Source: Corallococcus sp. BB11-1
Lineage (GTDB): Bacteria; Myxococcota; Myxococcia; Myxococcales; Myxococcaceae
DNA: 10,975 bases
Direction: 5' to 3'
Assembly: GCF_026626625.1 (NCBI RefSeq)
Contig: NZ_JAPNJY010000032.1
Location: 1-10,975 of the forward strand
Shown: positions 1-6,804 of the stretch, one piece after another
Position numbering within the stretch: the stretch's first letter is position 1
Layout: each line of letters opens with the position of its first letter
Notes under the pieces: model-generated
Seen by the model: only the letters and a program-made list of their open reading frames with translations
Told to the model about the DNA's origin: nothing
The model's database searches: none
Made by a program: the position numbers and the translations under genes

Positions 1-1
1 C

Positions 2-1240
2 CACCTCCGCGCGACCTACGATGATGGGCAACCCGTCGCGGATGCCGCCGTGAAGCTGAACGGGACCGACGCGGGCCGGACGGACTCCGCGGGCGAGCTG
101 ACCCTTGAACTCGCCCTGGGGCAGCACCAGCTCGAGCTTCAGCTGGGCTCGGGTGACGGCACGTTCTCCCGGCTCGTGCAGACCCTGGAGAAGAGCACGG
201 ACGCCCAGGAGGTAACGGTCCGCCTGCCGAGGCCGGTCCGCATGCTCGAGCCGCGCGAGGTGACGACATCGAGTGTCCACCTCGCCTGGGAGAGGAGCAA
301 CGACAGGAAGTTCCGGGAGTACAAGGTCTACGCCAGCCACACCTCGCCCGCCTTCGACGAGACGAACGGCCTGCTCATCCATGTGGGAACCGAGGCCTCC
401 CAGACGGACTTTGAGTTGACGGGCTGGTACCTCGGGGGCGGCCCGCTCGTCTCGGCCGACACCGACCTCTACTTTCGCGTCTTCGTCCTCGGGGAGGACG
501 GCACGCTCGCTGGGAGCAACGTCCTGCATGTCAGGACGCCCAGGTGGGCCAACGAAGCCCACTTCACGCGCTCCTACCAGCTGACCCCCGAGCGCGAATT
601 CGCGGGCGCCTGGCCCATCTTCGGAATGGCCTACGACGGCAGCTCGCTCTGGTTCCTGTATCGGGAGGAGGTGGGGGGCTACTACGACCCTGACACGCTC
701 ACGCTGGTGCAGCACGCGCCCGACACCCTGGCGGTGCTCAATGAATTCGTCTTCGAGGACCACCGGGTGCCCACGGGCGTGACCTGGGACGGCGCCTCGC
801 TCTGGGTGAGCCTTGGCGGTAGCAACAACCGACAGCTCGTGAGCATCAACCCCACCACGGGGGTTCGCGAGCAGGCCTTCGTGACGACGGAGGGAACGGA
901 ATCCCTGGCCTGGACGGGCAGCCACCTCTTGCAGAGCAAGGGCTACATCAACGGGCCCATCGAGCGCGTCGACCTGGCAACGGGTGGAGTCCTGGGGACC
1001 TTCGTCAATCCCATCACCCAGCGGAGAGTGCACCGCGCGGCTGGCATTGCCTACCGGCCCGGGGAGATCTGGGGGAGCGACAGGTTCAAACCCGATCTCG
1101 TCATCCTCGATGACACCGGGGTGCATATCGGGGTCGTGGCCAGCGCCTTCCTCTACAAGCACATGACCTTCATGGGTGACAGGCTGGTGGGCGTCACCGG
1201 CGACGCCCAGGTCCATGTCCTGAAGGTCGAGCCGCGGTAG
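2..1240 (+). CDS. 5'-truncated large extracellular multi-domain protein: Ig-like/CarboxypepD_reg-like segment, fibronectin type III-like segment, C-terminal NHL/YWTD-like beta-propeller repeats
   Basis: The frame of the 50..1240 ORF stays open back to base 2 with no stop, so the gene begins upstream of the window; the GTG at 50 is only the first in-window start. The N-terminal segment (TYDDGQPVADAAVKLNGTDAGRTDSAGELTLEL) matches the CarboxypepD_reg-like pattern. VTTSSVHLAWERSNDRKFREYKVY is FN3-like. Repeated G(M/V/I)A(Y/W)DGxSLW(F/V) plus NNRQLVSIN units resemble NHL/YWTD propeller blades. GC3-rich codon usage is typical of this genome. Stop is TAG at 1238-1240. Confidence 0.75.
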   Translation, partial: HLRATYDDGQPVADAAVKLNGTDAGRTDSAGELTLELALGQHQLELQLGSGDGTFSRLVQTLEKSTDAQEVTVRLPRPVRMLEPREVTTSSVHLAWERSNDRKFREYKVYASHTSPAFDETNGLLIHVGTEASQTDFELTGWYLGGGPLVSADTDLYFRVFVLGEDGTLAGSNVLHVRTPRWANEAHFTRSYQLTPEREFAGAWPIFGMAYDGSSLWFLYREEVGGYYDPDTLTLVQHAPDTLAVLNEFVFEDHRVPTGVTWDGASLWVSLGGSNNRQLVSINPTTGVREQAFVTTEGTESLAWTGSHLLQSKGYINGPIERVDLATGGVLGTFVNPITQRRVHRAAGIAYRPGEIWGSDRFKPDLVILDDTGVHIGVVASAFLYKHMTFMGDRLVGVTGDAQVHVLKVEPR

Positions 1241-1573
1241 CGGACGGACGCCAGGGCCTGGGCCTGGGCCGTGCTCGGGATCCGTTATCGCGGCTCCGCC
1301 AACCCGGTTGGTGACAAACGGGCCCAACACCCGGGCTCACTCCTGGGAGTCATTGCCCCTCTCGCGAAGGCCTGCCCGTGCGCGCGTCACGCGCCACCAC
1401 GGAGGGCGTCACCCCGAGGACCCGCCGCATCTGTGCAAGGAGCGCGGGATCCACCGCGCGGTGCCCGAAGCCTTTGATCAGCTCTTCCAGGCAGCCATCC
1501 GGACGGGGAATGGCCAGGATGACTTCGCCGCGCTGACACGGTTCATGCGCTGAGCCGTGCGGGGGATGCTGGC

Positions 1574-1595
1574 CGGGTCCAGAGCTTCGGACCCG
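1574..1595. terminator. hairpin downstream of the DUF4394 gene, in a convergent intergenic region
   Basis: Stem cgggtcc/ggacccg (1574-1580 and 1589-1595) with an 8-nt loop, 18 nt beyond the minus-strand stop at 1613. No T-tract. Confidence 0.25.
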
Positions 1596-1612
1596 ACCGG
1601 GAGCCTCCTGGC

Positions 1613-2572
1613 TCAGTAGACGATGGCGATGTCGCACAGCTCGGGGCCGGAGGCGCCCCCGATGGAGGCCATCTCCGCCGTGGTCGCGGTCCGCGGGAAG
1701 AACGTGGCCGCGCCGGTCAGCAGGTTCACCTGGTACAGGACATGGGGCCCGCTGTTCGCCGTGCGTCCCGCCACCAGCGGCAGGCCATTGTCACCGCCAG
1801 CGATGTCGAAGCCCGCCGCGCCGACGAACGTCACGCCCAGCGCGCCCACGTTGACCAGCGTGCCGTTGTTGGGCGGGTCCTGCCGGGCCAGCACGTTGCT
1901 GTTGCGCTCCAGGTCGAACAGCGCCGTCGCGGTGGTGCCCATCACGCTGTTCGTGTACGCCGCGCCGAAGACGACCGGGGCCGGCGAGCGGTTGATGGCG
2001 CCGTCCGTGGTGGTGGCGCCGCTGTCGACGTTGATGCGCAGGTTCTGCCCGGTGTCGCTCACCACGCGCAGGCGATCCGCCACCGGATTGAAGTCCACGG
2101 CGAAGTCGGTGCCCGACAGCGCGGTGAACGGGTTGTCGTCTCCCGCCATGGCGACCAGGGTGGACTTCACGGTGGCGACACCGGTGTCCGGCGCCAGCGT
2201 GACGATGCGCCCCGCGCTCGTGAGGCCATAGAGCTGCGAGTCCGCGGGGCGGTAGTCGATGCCCAGCAGCGACTCGCCCGAGTCCAGGCCCGTCACGTCG
2301 ACGGAGCCCACCAAGGTGCCAGGCGTCGCGCGTTCAAAGGACACGAGCTTGTTCGAAGCGGTCAGGGCGATGACCTCACCCACCATGACCGGAGTCGACC
2401 CGCCGTCCGTGCCGGCGTCGGCGCTGGTGCCCGCGTCGGTGCCGGCGTCCATGCCGGTGCCCGCGTCCGGGCGGGGCGTGGGGTTGTCATCGTCGTCGTC
2501 TCCGCAGGCCGTGAGCATGAGGGCGGTGGCGAGCGCGGCGAAGATTCTGCTCTGATTCCTGATGAGCGACAT
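1613..2572 (-). CDS. DUF4394 domain-containing lipoprotein
   Basis: 319-aa ORF with good codon usage. N-terminal lipoprotein signal peptide MSLIRNQSRIFAALATALMLTAC has a canonical L-T-A-C lipobox. It is followed by a poly-Asp and DAGT-repeat low-complexity linker. The core carries LLGIDYRPADSQLYGL and AVDFNPVADRLRVVSDTGQNLRIN, which match the two motifs I recall as characteristic of Pfam DUF4394. The SD-like AAGGGGG lies immediately upstream of the ATG at 2572. Confidence 0.85.
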   Translation of the reverse strand: MSLIRNQSRIFAALATALMLTACGDDDDDNPTPRPDAGTGMDAGTDAGTSADAGTDGGSTPVMVGEVIALTASNKLVSFERATPGTLVGSVDVTGLDSGESLLGIDYRPADSQLYGLTSAGRIVTLAPDTGVATVKSTLVAMAGDDNPFTALSGTDFAVDFNPVADRLRVVSDTGQNLRINVDSGATTTDGAINRSPAPVVFGAAYTNSVMGTTATALFDLERNSNVLARQDPPNNGTLVNVGALGVTFVGAAGFDIAGGDNGLPLVAGRTANSGPHVLYQVNLLTGAATFFPRTATTAEMASIGGASGPELCDIAIVY

Positions 2573-3125
2573 GGGCCCCCTTGTGGCTGTATCGAATCGG
2601 CGTTCCCGATGCCTTACGCGGGGGCTCCGGAACTGGATTCAATCGCTTGTCGAAGCGCCTCCAAGCTCCCCCAAAGGGACCCCATCCGTTCAATTCCCTA
2701 AAGGTGTTCACGCTCGGCGGCTGACTTGGTGCAGGTGAACGCCTGCGGCCTGCCGGACTTCCCACCCACGGGCGACCCCAAGCCCAGACGGCGCAGTATC
2801 AACTCCGCGGCGGCTGCTTCAGCAACACGAGCTGCAGCGGTACGGCCGCCTACGTCCTCTACTGACCGGCGACCGGAGCGGGCTGGCCGAGAGACGTCAG
2901 CCCCCGGAGGACAACCGGCGCGGGCGCCATGGTGACTGGCGCCATCCTCCTGGTGACCGCGGTCATCAGCCCCCCTCACCGCCCCCACGAGCCCCGGCCC
3001 GCCAACCGCCTGAAACCACAGGCGGGCATGGGCCACACCGCGCCACATGGGCATGGCATGTCGGATGCAATCGGAGGGGACATCGCTGTTCAGTCCCCTT
3101 CGCTGTACCTCCTGAGGCGCCTCCC

Positions 3126-4298
3126 ATGCCTGTTCGCCGCGTTGGTTCGACCCTTCCCCGCTCCTCCACCCTGCCGACCTCCACGGTGTCCCAGCCCAAG
3201 CCGCCGGCGCGCGCATCGACGCTGCCCGCCGCGACGTCGGCCGTGAAGCCCGCGGTGACGACGCCCGCCGCGACGGCCAACAAGCCCACGGCCACGACAT
3301 TGCCCGCCGCGAGCACGCCGACGGCCGTGGAGCCCAAGCCGGTGAAGCACGCGGGCGCGCCGGAGGGGGCGCCTTCCTACAGCCCCTGGGAGCGGACCAC
3401 GGGCCAGGCTTCGGACGTGGCGGTGAGCGGTGGTGACAACAAGCTCACGGCGCCCCCGACCGCGAAGCAGAACATGTTCGTCGACAAGCCGGGCCGCCCC
3501 TTCCAGAAGGACACCTTCGGCGGTGGCCGGCTGAGCGGCAACGTGGGCTCGATGCAGGCCTCCACCACCAGCCACAGCGGCAATGGCGTGCACCACTACT
3601 CGGCCCAGGCCGAGGTGCAGGGGCCCCACGCCTCCTACGAGCTGCAGAAGACGCACGCGGGCCGCTTCGGCGTGTCGAGCGCCCAGCTCACCGGCGAGGC
3701 CAACACCTTCAAGGGCCAGGCCCAGGCCGGGGTGTCGCTCGACAGGAACGAGCACGCATACACCGCCGCGTTGACGGCCAAGGCGGAGACGGGCGTGGGC
3801 GTCACGGCGAGCGCGAACCATGACTTCAACCGGCACGTGGGCGGCTACGTGAAGGGTGAAGCGAAGGCCTCCGCCTCCGCCTTCGCGGAGGGCGTCGCCA
3901 CCCTGGACCCGAAGACGGCCACGGCGATGCTCTCAGGGCAGGTGGGCGCGGGCGCCACGGCGGGGGCGTACGCCACGGCGGGCGGGCACGTGGGCCGGCT
4001 GCACGGCTCGGTCACCGCGGGCGCGGTGGCGGGCGCGGCGGCCCAGGCGGGCGGCAAGGTGGGCCTGGAGAACGGCTTCCTCAAGCACTCCGCGGACGTG
4101 AACACCGCCCTGGGCGTGGGCACCCACGTGAAGTCCGACGTGGCGCTCGACCTGCGTCACCACGTCAAGCCGGGCATCGCGTCGGGTCTGCGTCCCGCAC
4201 TCTCCGGCGCCATGGGCGCGCCCGCACCGTCGCTCGCCATCGAGCCCGAGAAGTCAGGCGTCGAGAAGTTCTTCGCCAAGGCCTTCCACAGGTCGTGA
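3126..4298 (+). CDS. hypothetical protein; disordered Pro/Thr/Ala-repeat N-terminus followed by a His/Gly/Ala-rich repeat domain, no signal peptide
   Basis: 390-aa ORF with strong GC3 codon bias (AAG/GAG/CAG/TTC/CAC/TAC). GAGG lies about 10 nt upstream of the ATG. The N-terminal roughly 90 aa are imperfect approximately 12-13-aa T(L/T)PAA(T/S)...KP repeats. The C-terminal roughly 200 aa are Gly/Ala/Thr/His-rich with about 22-aa quasi-repeats of the form A.AG....H. No N-terminal hydrophobic segment. I do not recognise a family. Confidence 0.75.
   Translation: MPVRRVGSTLPRSSTLPTSTVSQPKPPARASTLPAATSAVKPAVTTPAATANKPTATTLPAASTPTAVEPKPVKHAGAPEGAPSYSPWERTTGQASDVAVSGGDNKLTAPPTAKQNMFVDKPGRPFQKDTFGGGRLSGNVGSMQASTTSHSGNGVHHYSAQAEVQGPHASYELQKTHAGRFGVSSAQLTGEANTFKGQAQAGVSLDRNEHAYTAALTAKAETGVGVTASANHDFNRHVGGYVKGEAKASASAFAEGVATLDPKTATAMLSGQVGAGATAGAYATAGGHVGRLHGSVTAGAVAGAAAQAGGKVGLENGFLKHSADVNTALGVGTHVKSDVALDLRHHVKPGIASGLRPALSGAMGAPAPSLAIEPEKSGVEKFFAKAFHRS
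3225..3320 (+). repeat. degenerate tandem DNA repeats (three copies of about 13 nt, gcccgccgcgacg-like) encoding T(L/T)PAA(T/S) peptide repeats
   Basis: tgcccgccgcgacgtcggc (about 3227), acgcccgccgcgacggcc (about 3264) and tgcccgccgcgagcacgcc (about 3301) are spaced about 37 nt apart inside the N-terminal low-complexity region of 3126..4298. Confidence 0.5.
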
Positions 4299-4313
4299 CG
4301 TGCATGCCCCGGG

Positions 4314-4339
4314 CGGCGGCGGCTTTGATTCCCGCCGCT
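4314..4339 (+). terminator. GC hairpin just after the stop of 3126..4298
   Basis: gcggcgg(cggc) at 4314-4324 pairs with ccgccgc at 4333-4339 around the loop tttgattc. It lies 16 nt after the TGA at 4296-4298 and before the next gene; it could be an attenuating structure within a two-gene unit. Confidence 0.2.
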
Positions 4340-4371
4340 CGCGCATTCACTGACGCGGAGGCGCACTGGCG

Positions 4372-4893
4372 GTGAGTGGTGACACTCGCGGCTTCCAGGT
4401 GAGCATTCCCCGCATGACCCCATCTCCTGGGCCGGGTGACTCCGTGGCGGCGCTCCGCGCGCCGGATGTGCAGGGCGCCTTCAAGGGCCGCACGATGGGC
4501 ACGGCCATGGTGGGCACCGTGCTGGTGGTGGCGCACAACTCGCTGCCTCCCGCCCAGGACGAGTGGGAGCACTACTGCGCGCTCATCGCCGCCTTCCAGG
4601 ACACCGGCACCGCGCAGCTCGTGCTGGCGGAGGGGCCCGGCCCCAATGCCGCCCAGCGCCAGCAGGCGCTCAACAAGGTGCCCAAGGGCTTCGCCATTCC
4701 GCCCACGGCCGTGTTCACCCGCTCGGCCCTGGTGCGTGGCATCGTCACCCTCTTCAACTGGTTCACCCCGCGCTCCATGCGCGCCTTTCCGCCCGAGGAC
4801 GTCGCCGTCGCGGCCGTGCACCTGAAGATGACGGAGGCGCAGCTCCAGCACGTCCTGGACGTTGCCCGTGCGCTGCTGCCGCCGGACCCGTAG
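4372..4893 (+). CDS. hypothetical protein (small cytoplasmic partner of the upstream gene); start uncertain
   Basis: ORF sits 74 bp downstream of 3126..4298 on the same strand with typical GC3 codon usage. Candidate starts are GTG 4372 (GGAGG 11 nt upstream), ATG 4414 (AGGTGAG 10 nt upstream) and ATG 4495 (AAGGG upstream). Conserved-looking core is VLVVAHNSLPPAQDEWEHYCALIAAFQDTG...IVTLFNWF. No signal peptide or TM segment. Family not recognised. Confidence 0.65.
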   Translation: MSGDTRGFQVSIPRMTPSPGPGDSVAALRAPDVQGAFKGRTMGTAMVGTVLVVAHNSLPPAQDEWEHYCALIAAFQDTGTAQLVLAEGPGPNAAQRQQALNKVPKGFAIPPTAVFTRSALVRGIVTLFNWFTPRSMRAFPPEDVAVAAVHLKMTEAQLQHVLDVARALLPPDP

Positions 4894-4935
4894 GCCCCGC
4901 GGATGCCCAACCCCCTCCGGTGGCACTGCGGCAGG

Positions 4936-4957
4936 GAGGCGGGCGACACGCCGCCTC
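4936..4957. terminator. GC-rich hairpin between convergent genes (possible bidirectional terminator)
   Basis: 7-bp perfect stem gaggcgg/ccgcctc (4936-4942 and 4951-4957) with an 8-nt loop. It lies in the 105-bp gap between the 3' ends of 4372..4893 (+) and 4999..5259 (-). There is no U-tract, which is common for high-GC genomes. Confidence 0.3.
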
Positions 4958-4998
4958 TCACAGGGCATTCCCAGCCAGGGGCGGTTGCCGCGGGGACC

Positions 4999-5259
4999 TC
5001 AGTTGCTCAAGCAGACCCACTTGTTGGCGGGGATCTCCTGGCAGAAGCACTCGCCATAGGTGCCATTGGCCCACTGGCAGCCCGTCTCCGCCCCGGGGCT
5101 ACAGCGGCGCGTCTGGAGCGTCTCACAGCTGTTGGCGAGCTCCGCGGAGACCTGACCGGGCTGCACACCGCTCTCGGCACCGTCCGTCACCTCAGCGCCA
5201 CCACAGCCCATTCCAAAGACAGAGACGACGGCGAACATCGCGATCCCACGAAGAGACAT
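4999..5259 (-). CDS. small Cys-rich secreted (lipo)protein, paralog A (86 aa)
   Basis: The start is ATG at 5259, preceded on the minus strand by AAGGAG (plus 5266-5271) with a 6-nt spacer. The in-frame ATG further upstream at 5295 lacks an RBS. N-terminal signal peptide is MSLRGIAMFAVVSVFGMGCGG, with Cys followed by GG, a lipobox-like site. The mature part has 6 Cys and ends CSPGAETGC...GECFCQEIPANKWVCLSN. This C-terminal module is shared with 6346..6726. Confidence 0.75.
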   Translation of the reverse strand: MSLRGIAMFAVVSVFGMGCGGAEVTDGAESGVQPGQVSAELANSCETLQTRRCSPGAETGCQWANGTYGECFCQEIPANKWVCLSN

Positions 5260-5422
5260 ATGACACTCCTTTTCGCTGGTGAGGCACTGATGCAACAGCG
5301 GACGAGGGTGCCGGTCAAGGCTTACCTGGGAAACCGCGATGTCACTGAAAATCTCCGTATGGAGCGGTCTCAGCGTTTGAGATCAGGGCCACTGCCGGGC
5401 CCAGCCAAGGCTGGCGTGCCCG

Positions 5423-6296
5423 TCAGCGTTTCGCCGGAGCAGGACGCTGCTTCGCACGCAGGCTCAGCAGAACGCCCGCGAGCAGCGCGGCGCCCCCCAG
5501 GAGCAACCGCTGGGTGAGGGGCTCTCCGAGCAGCAGCACCGCGCCCACCGCCGCGATGACCGGGACGCACAGCTGCACCACCGCCGCGCGCGCGCTGCTC
5601 AGGTGGGGCAGCGCTGCGTACCAGAGGCTGTAGCCCACGCCCGAGGCGAGCGCGCCTGACGCAACCGCGAGCAGCAGCCCCTTCGACGACGGGTGTGGGG
5701 CCACGTCCAGAGCGCGGGCCAACATCACGAGCGCCAGGGCCAGCGGAACGCTGCGCACGAAGTTGCCGGCCGTCGCCGCGAGGGGGTCCGTGCTCCCACG
5801 CCCCCGCAGGCTGTAGATGCCCCACGCCACGCCCGCCACGGCCATGAGCCCCGCGCCGAGCGCATCCGGCGCGCTCGCTCCAGGGAGCGTGAGCCCCGTG
5901 AGCCCCACGAGCGCCACCGCGAGCCCTACCCATTCAAGCGTGCTCGGCCGCTCACCGCGCGCGAGCCCTGCCGCGAGCATGGTGAGCTGCACGCAGCCGA
6001 AGAGCAGCAGGGCGCCCCACACCCGCCCCGATGCGCACGTACGCGAAGCTGAAGCCGGCCGCATACGCGAAGAGCGCGAGCGCCGAGGCCCAGCTCCCGT
6101 GCCCCGTCGCCCCGCGGCCGCCCCGTCGGAGCCGCAGCAGCAGCGCGAGCACCAGCGCTCCCGACGCAAGCCGCACCAGCGTGAACGAACCCGCGTCGAT
6201 GCTGCGCGCCGCGCCACCCGAGAGGGCCGCGCGGCACAGCAGCGAGTTCGCGGCGAAGCCCAGGAGGGCCAGCAGGGTGAGGAGGGGGGTGCTCAC
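5423..6296 (-). pseudogene. EamA/DMT-family transporter split by a frameshift (or a sequencing indel)
   Basis: Two overlapping minus-strand ORFs in different frames together make one EamA transporter. 6296..5952 encodes the N-terminal half (MSTPLLTLLALLGFAANSLLC...ALFAYAAGFSFAYVRIGAGV). 6217..5423 encodes, from about 6020, the C-terminal half (WGALLLFGCVQLTMLAAGLARGERPSTLEWVGLAVALVGL...LLLGEPLTQRLLLGGAALLAGVLLSL). Homology switches frame within the G/C homopolymer runs at about 6012-6030 (plus strand gcgccccacacccgcccc). Removing a single base there would restore one roughly 290-aa ORF. Confidence 0.7.
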
Positions 6297-6345
6297 GCGG
6301 CAGGGACTCTGCGGGCCGCGCGACGCGCGTCACGTCCCCCGGGCA

Positions 6346-6726
6346 TCACAACGCGCTGCAGGCCCAGGTGCCAAGGGGCGTACAGAAGCAATTGGGATTG
6401 GGGTGGCCCGTCAGACAGCAACTCCGCGTCGCGCCAACGGGCGAACACGGGGTCCCCGAGATCTTGCTGCAGCGATTGTTCAGCCCACAGATGGGGGTGG
6501 ATGGGAGACAGATCCTGTAGAAGCCATCGCACTCGACGGAGTTCGACTGCACCGAACAGGTGTTCCCCTCACAAGACACGGTCGAGCCATTCGGACAGGT
6601 CTGTGAGCACGTGACGAGGGCGCTCGACTGCTGCTCCAGCTCCGGCGCCTCGACAGGCTCCAATCCACCACAGGCCACCAGCACCGGGACCACGAGCACC
6701 GTCAGCACACCCAGGAAGCTCTTCAT
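6346..6726 (-). CDS. Cys-rich lipoprotein, paralog B (126 aa)
   Basis: ATG at 6726 is preceded on the minus strand by AAGGAG (plus 6736-6741) with a 9-nt spacer. Signal peptide MKSFLGVLTVLVVPVLVACGG has a canonical L-V-A-C lipobox. The mature region has about 15 Cys. The C-terminus CSPVGATRSCC...NCFCTPLGTWACSAL aligns with the C-terminus of 4999..5259. Confidence 0.8.
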   Translation of the reverse strand: MKSFLGVLTVLVVPVLVACGGLEPVEAPELEQQSSALVTCSQTCPNGSTVSCEGNTCSVQSNSVECDGFYRICLPSTPICGLNNRCSKISGTPCSPVGATRSCCLTGHPNPNCFCTPLGTWACSAL

Positions 6727-6804
6727 GACGTGTCTCTCCTTGAGGAGTTGAGCGGCATCGAATCACAAGACGGGCTCGGTTCGCCATGGGCGGGGAACCT
6801 CACA

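Noticed and set aside
1742-2701. 319-aa plus-strand ORF antisense to the DUF4394 lipoprotein gene. Similar long overlapping ORFs occur at 3090..3836 (-), 4165..4968 (-), 4563..5282 (+), 4903..5517 (+), 5370..5933 (-), 5817..6614 (+), 6031..6606 (+), 6730..7527 (+), 6800..7417 (-), 7684..8883 (+), 8953..10347 (+) and 9566..10117 (-).
   Set aside because: Their translations are Arg/Ala/Gly/Pro-rich and non-protein-like. They lack RBSs. They sit opposite or out of frame to ORFs that have recognisable domains and proper GC3 codon bias. Such shadow ORFs are expected in 70% GC DNA because stop codons are rare.
2929-2950. Sigma-54-like promoter TGGCGC-N5-TCCTG upstream of 3126..4298.
   Set aside because: The -12 element lacks the conserved GC dinucleotide (TTGCW). 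Only the -24 GG is matched, so the fit is insufficient.
5370-5431. 9-bp direct repeat TCAGCGTTT at 5370-5378 and 5423-5431, plus the 5-bp inverted repeat tctca/tgaga at about 5369-5383.
   Set aside because: Too short to distinguish from chance in a 127-bp intergenic spacer. The second copy is simply the EamA stop codon context. No flanking transposase or target-site-duplication pattern.
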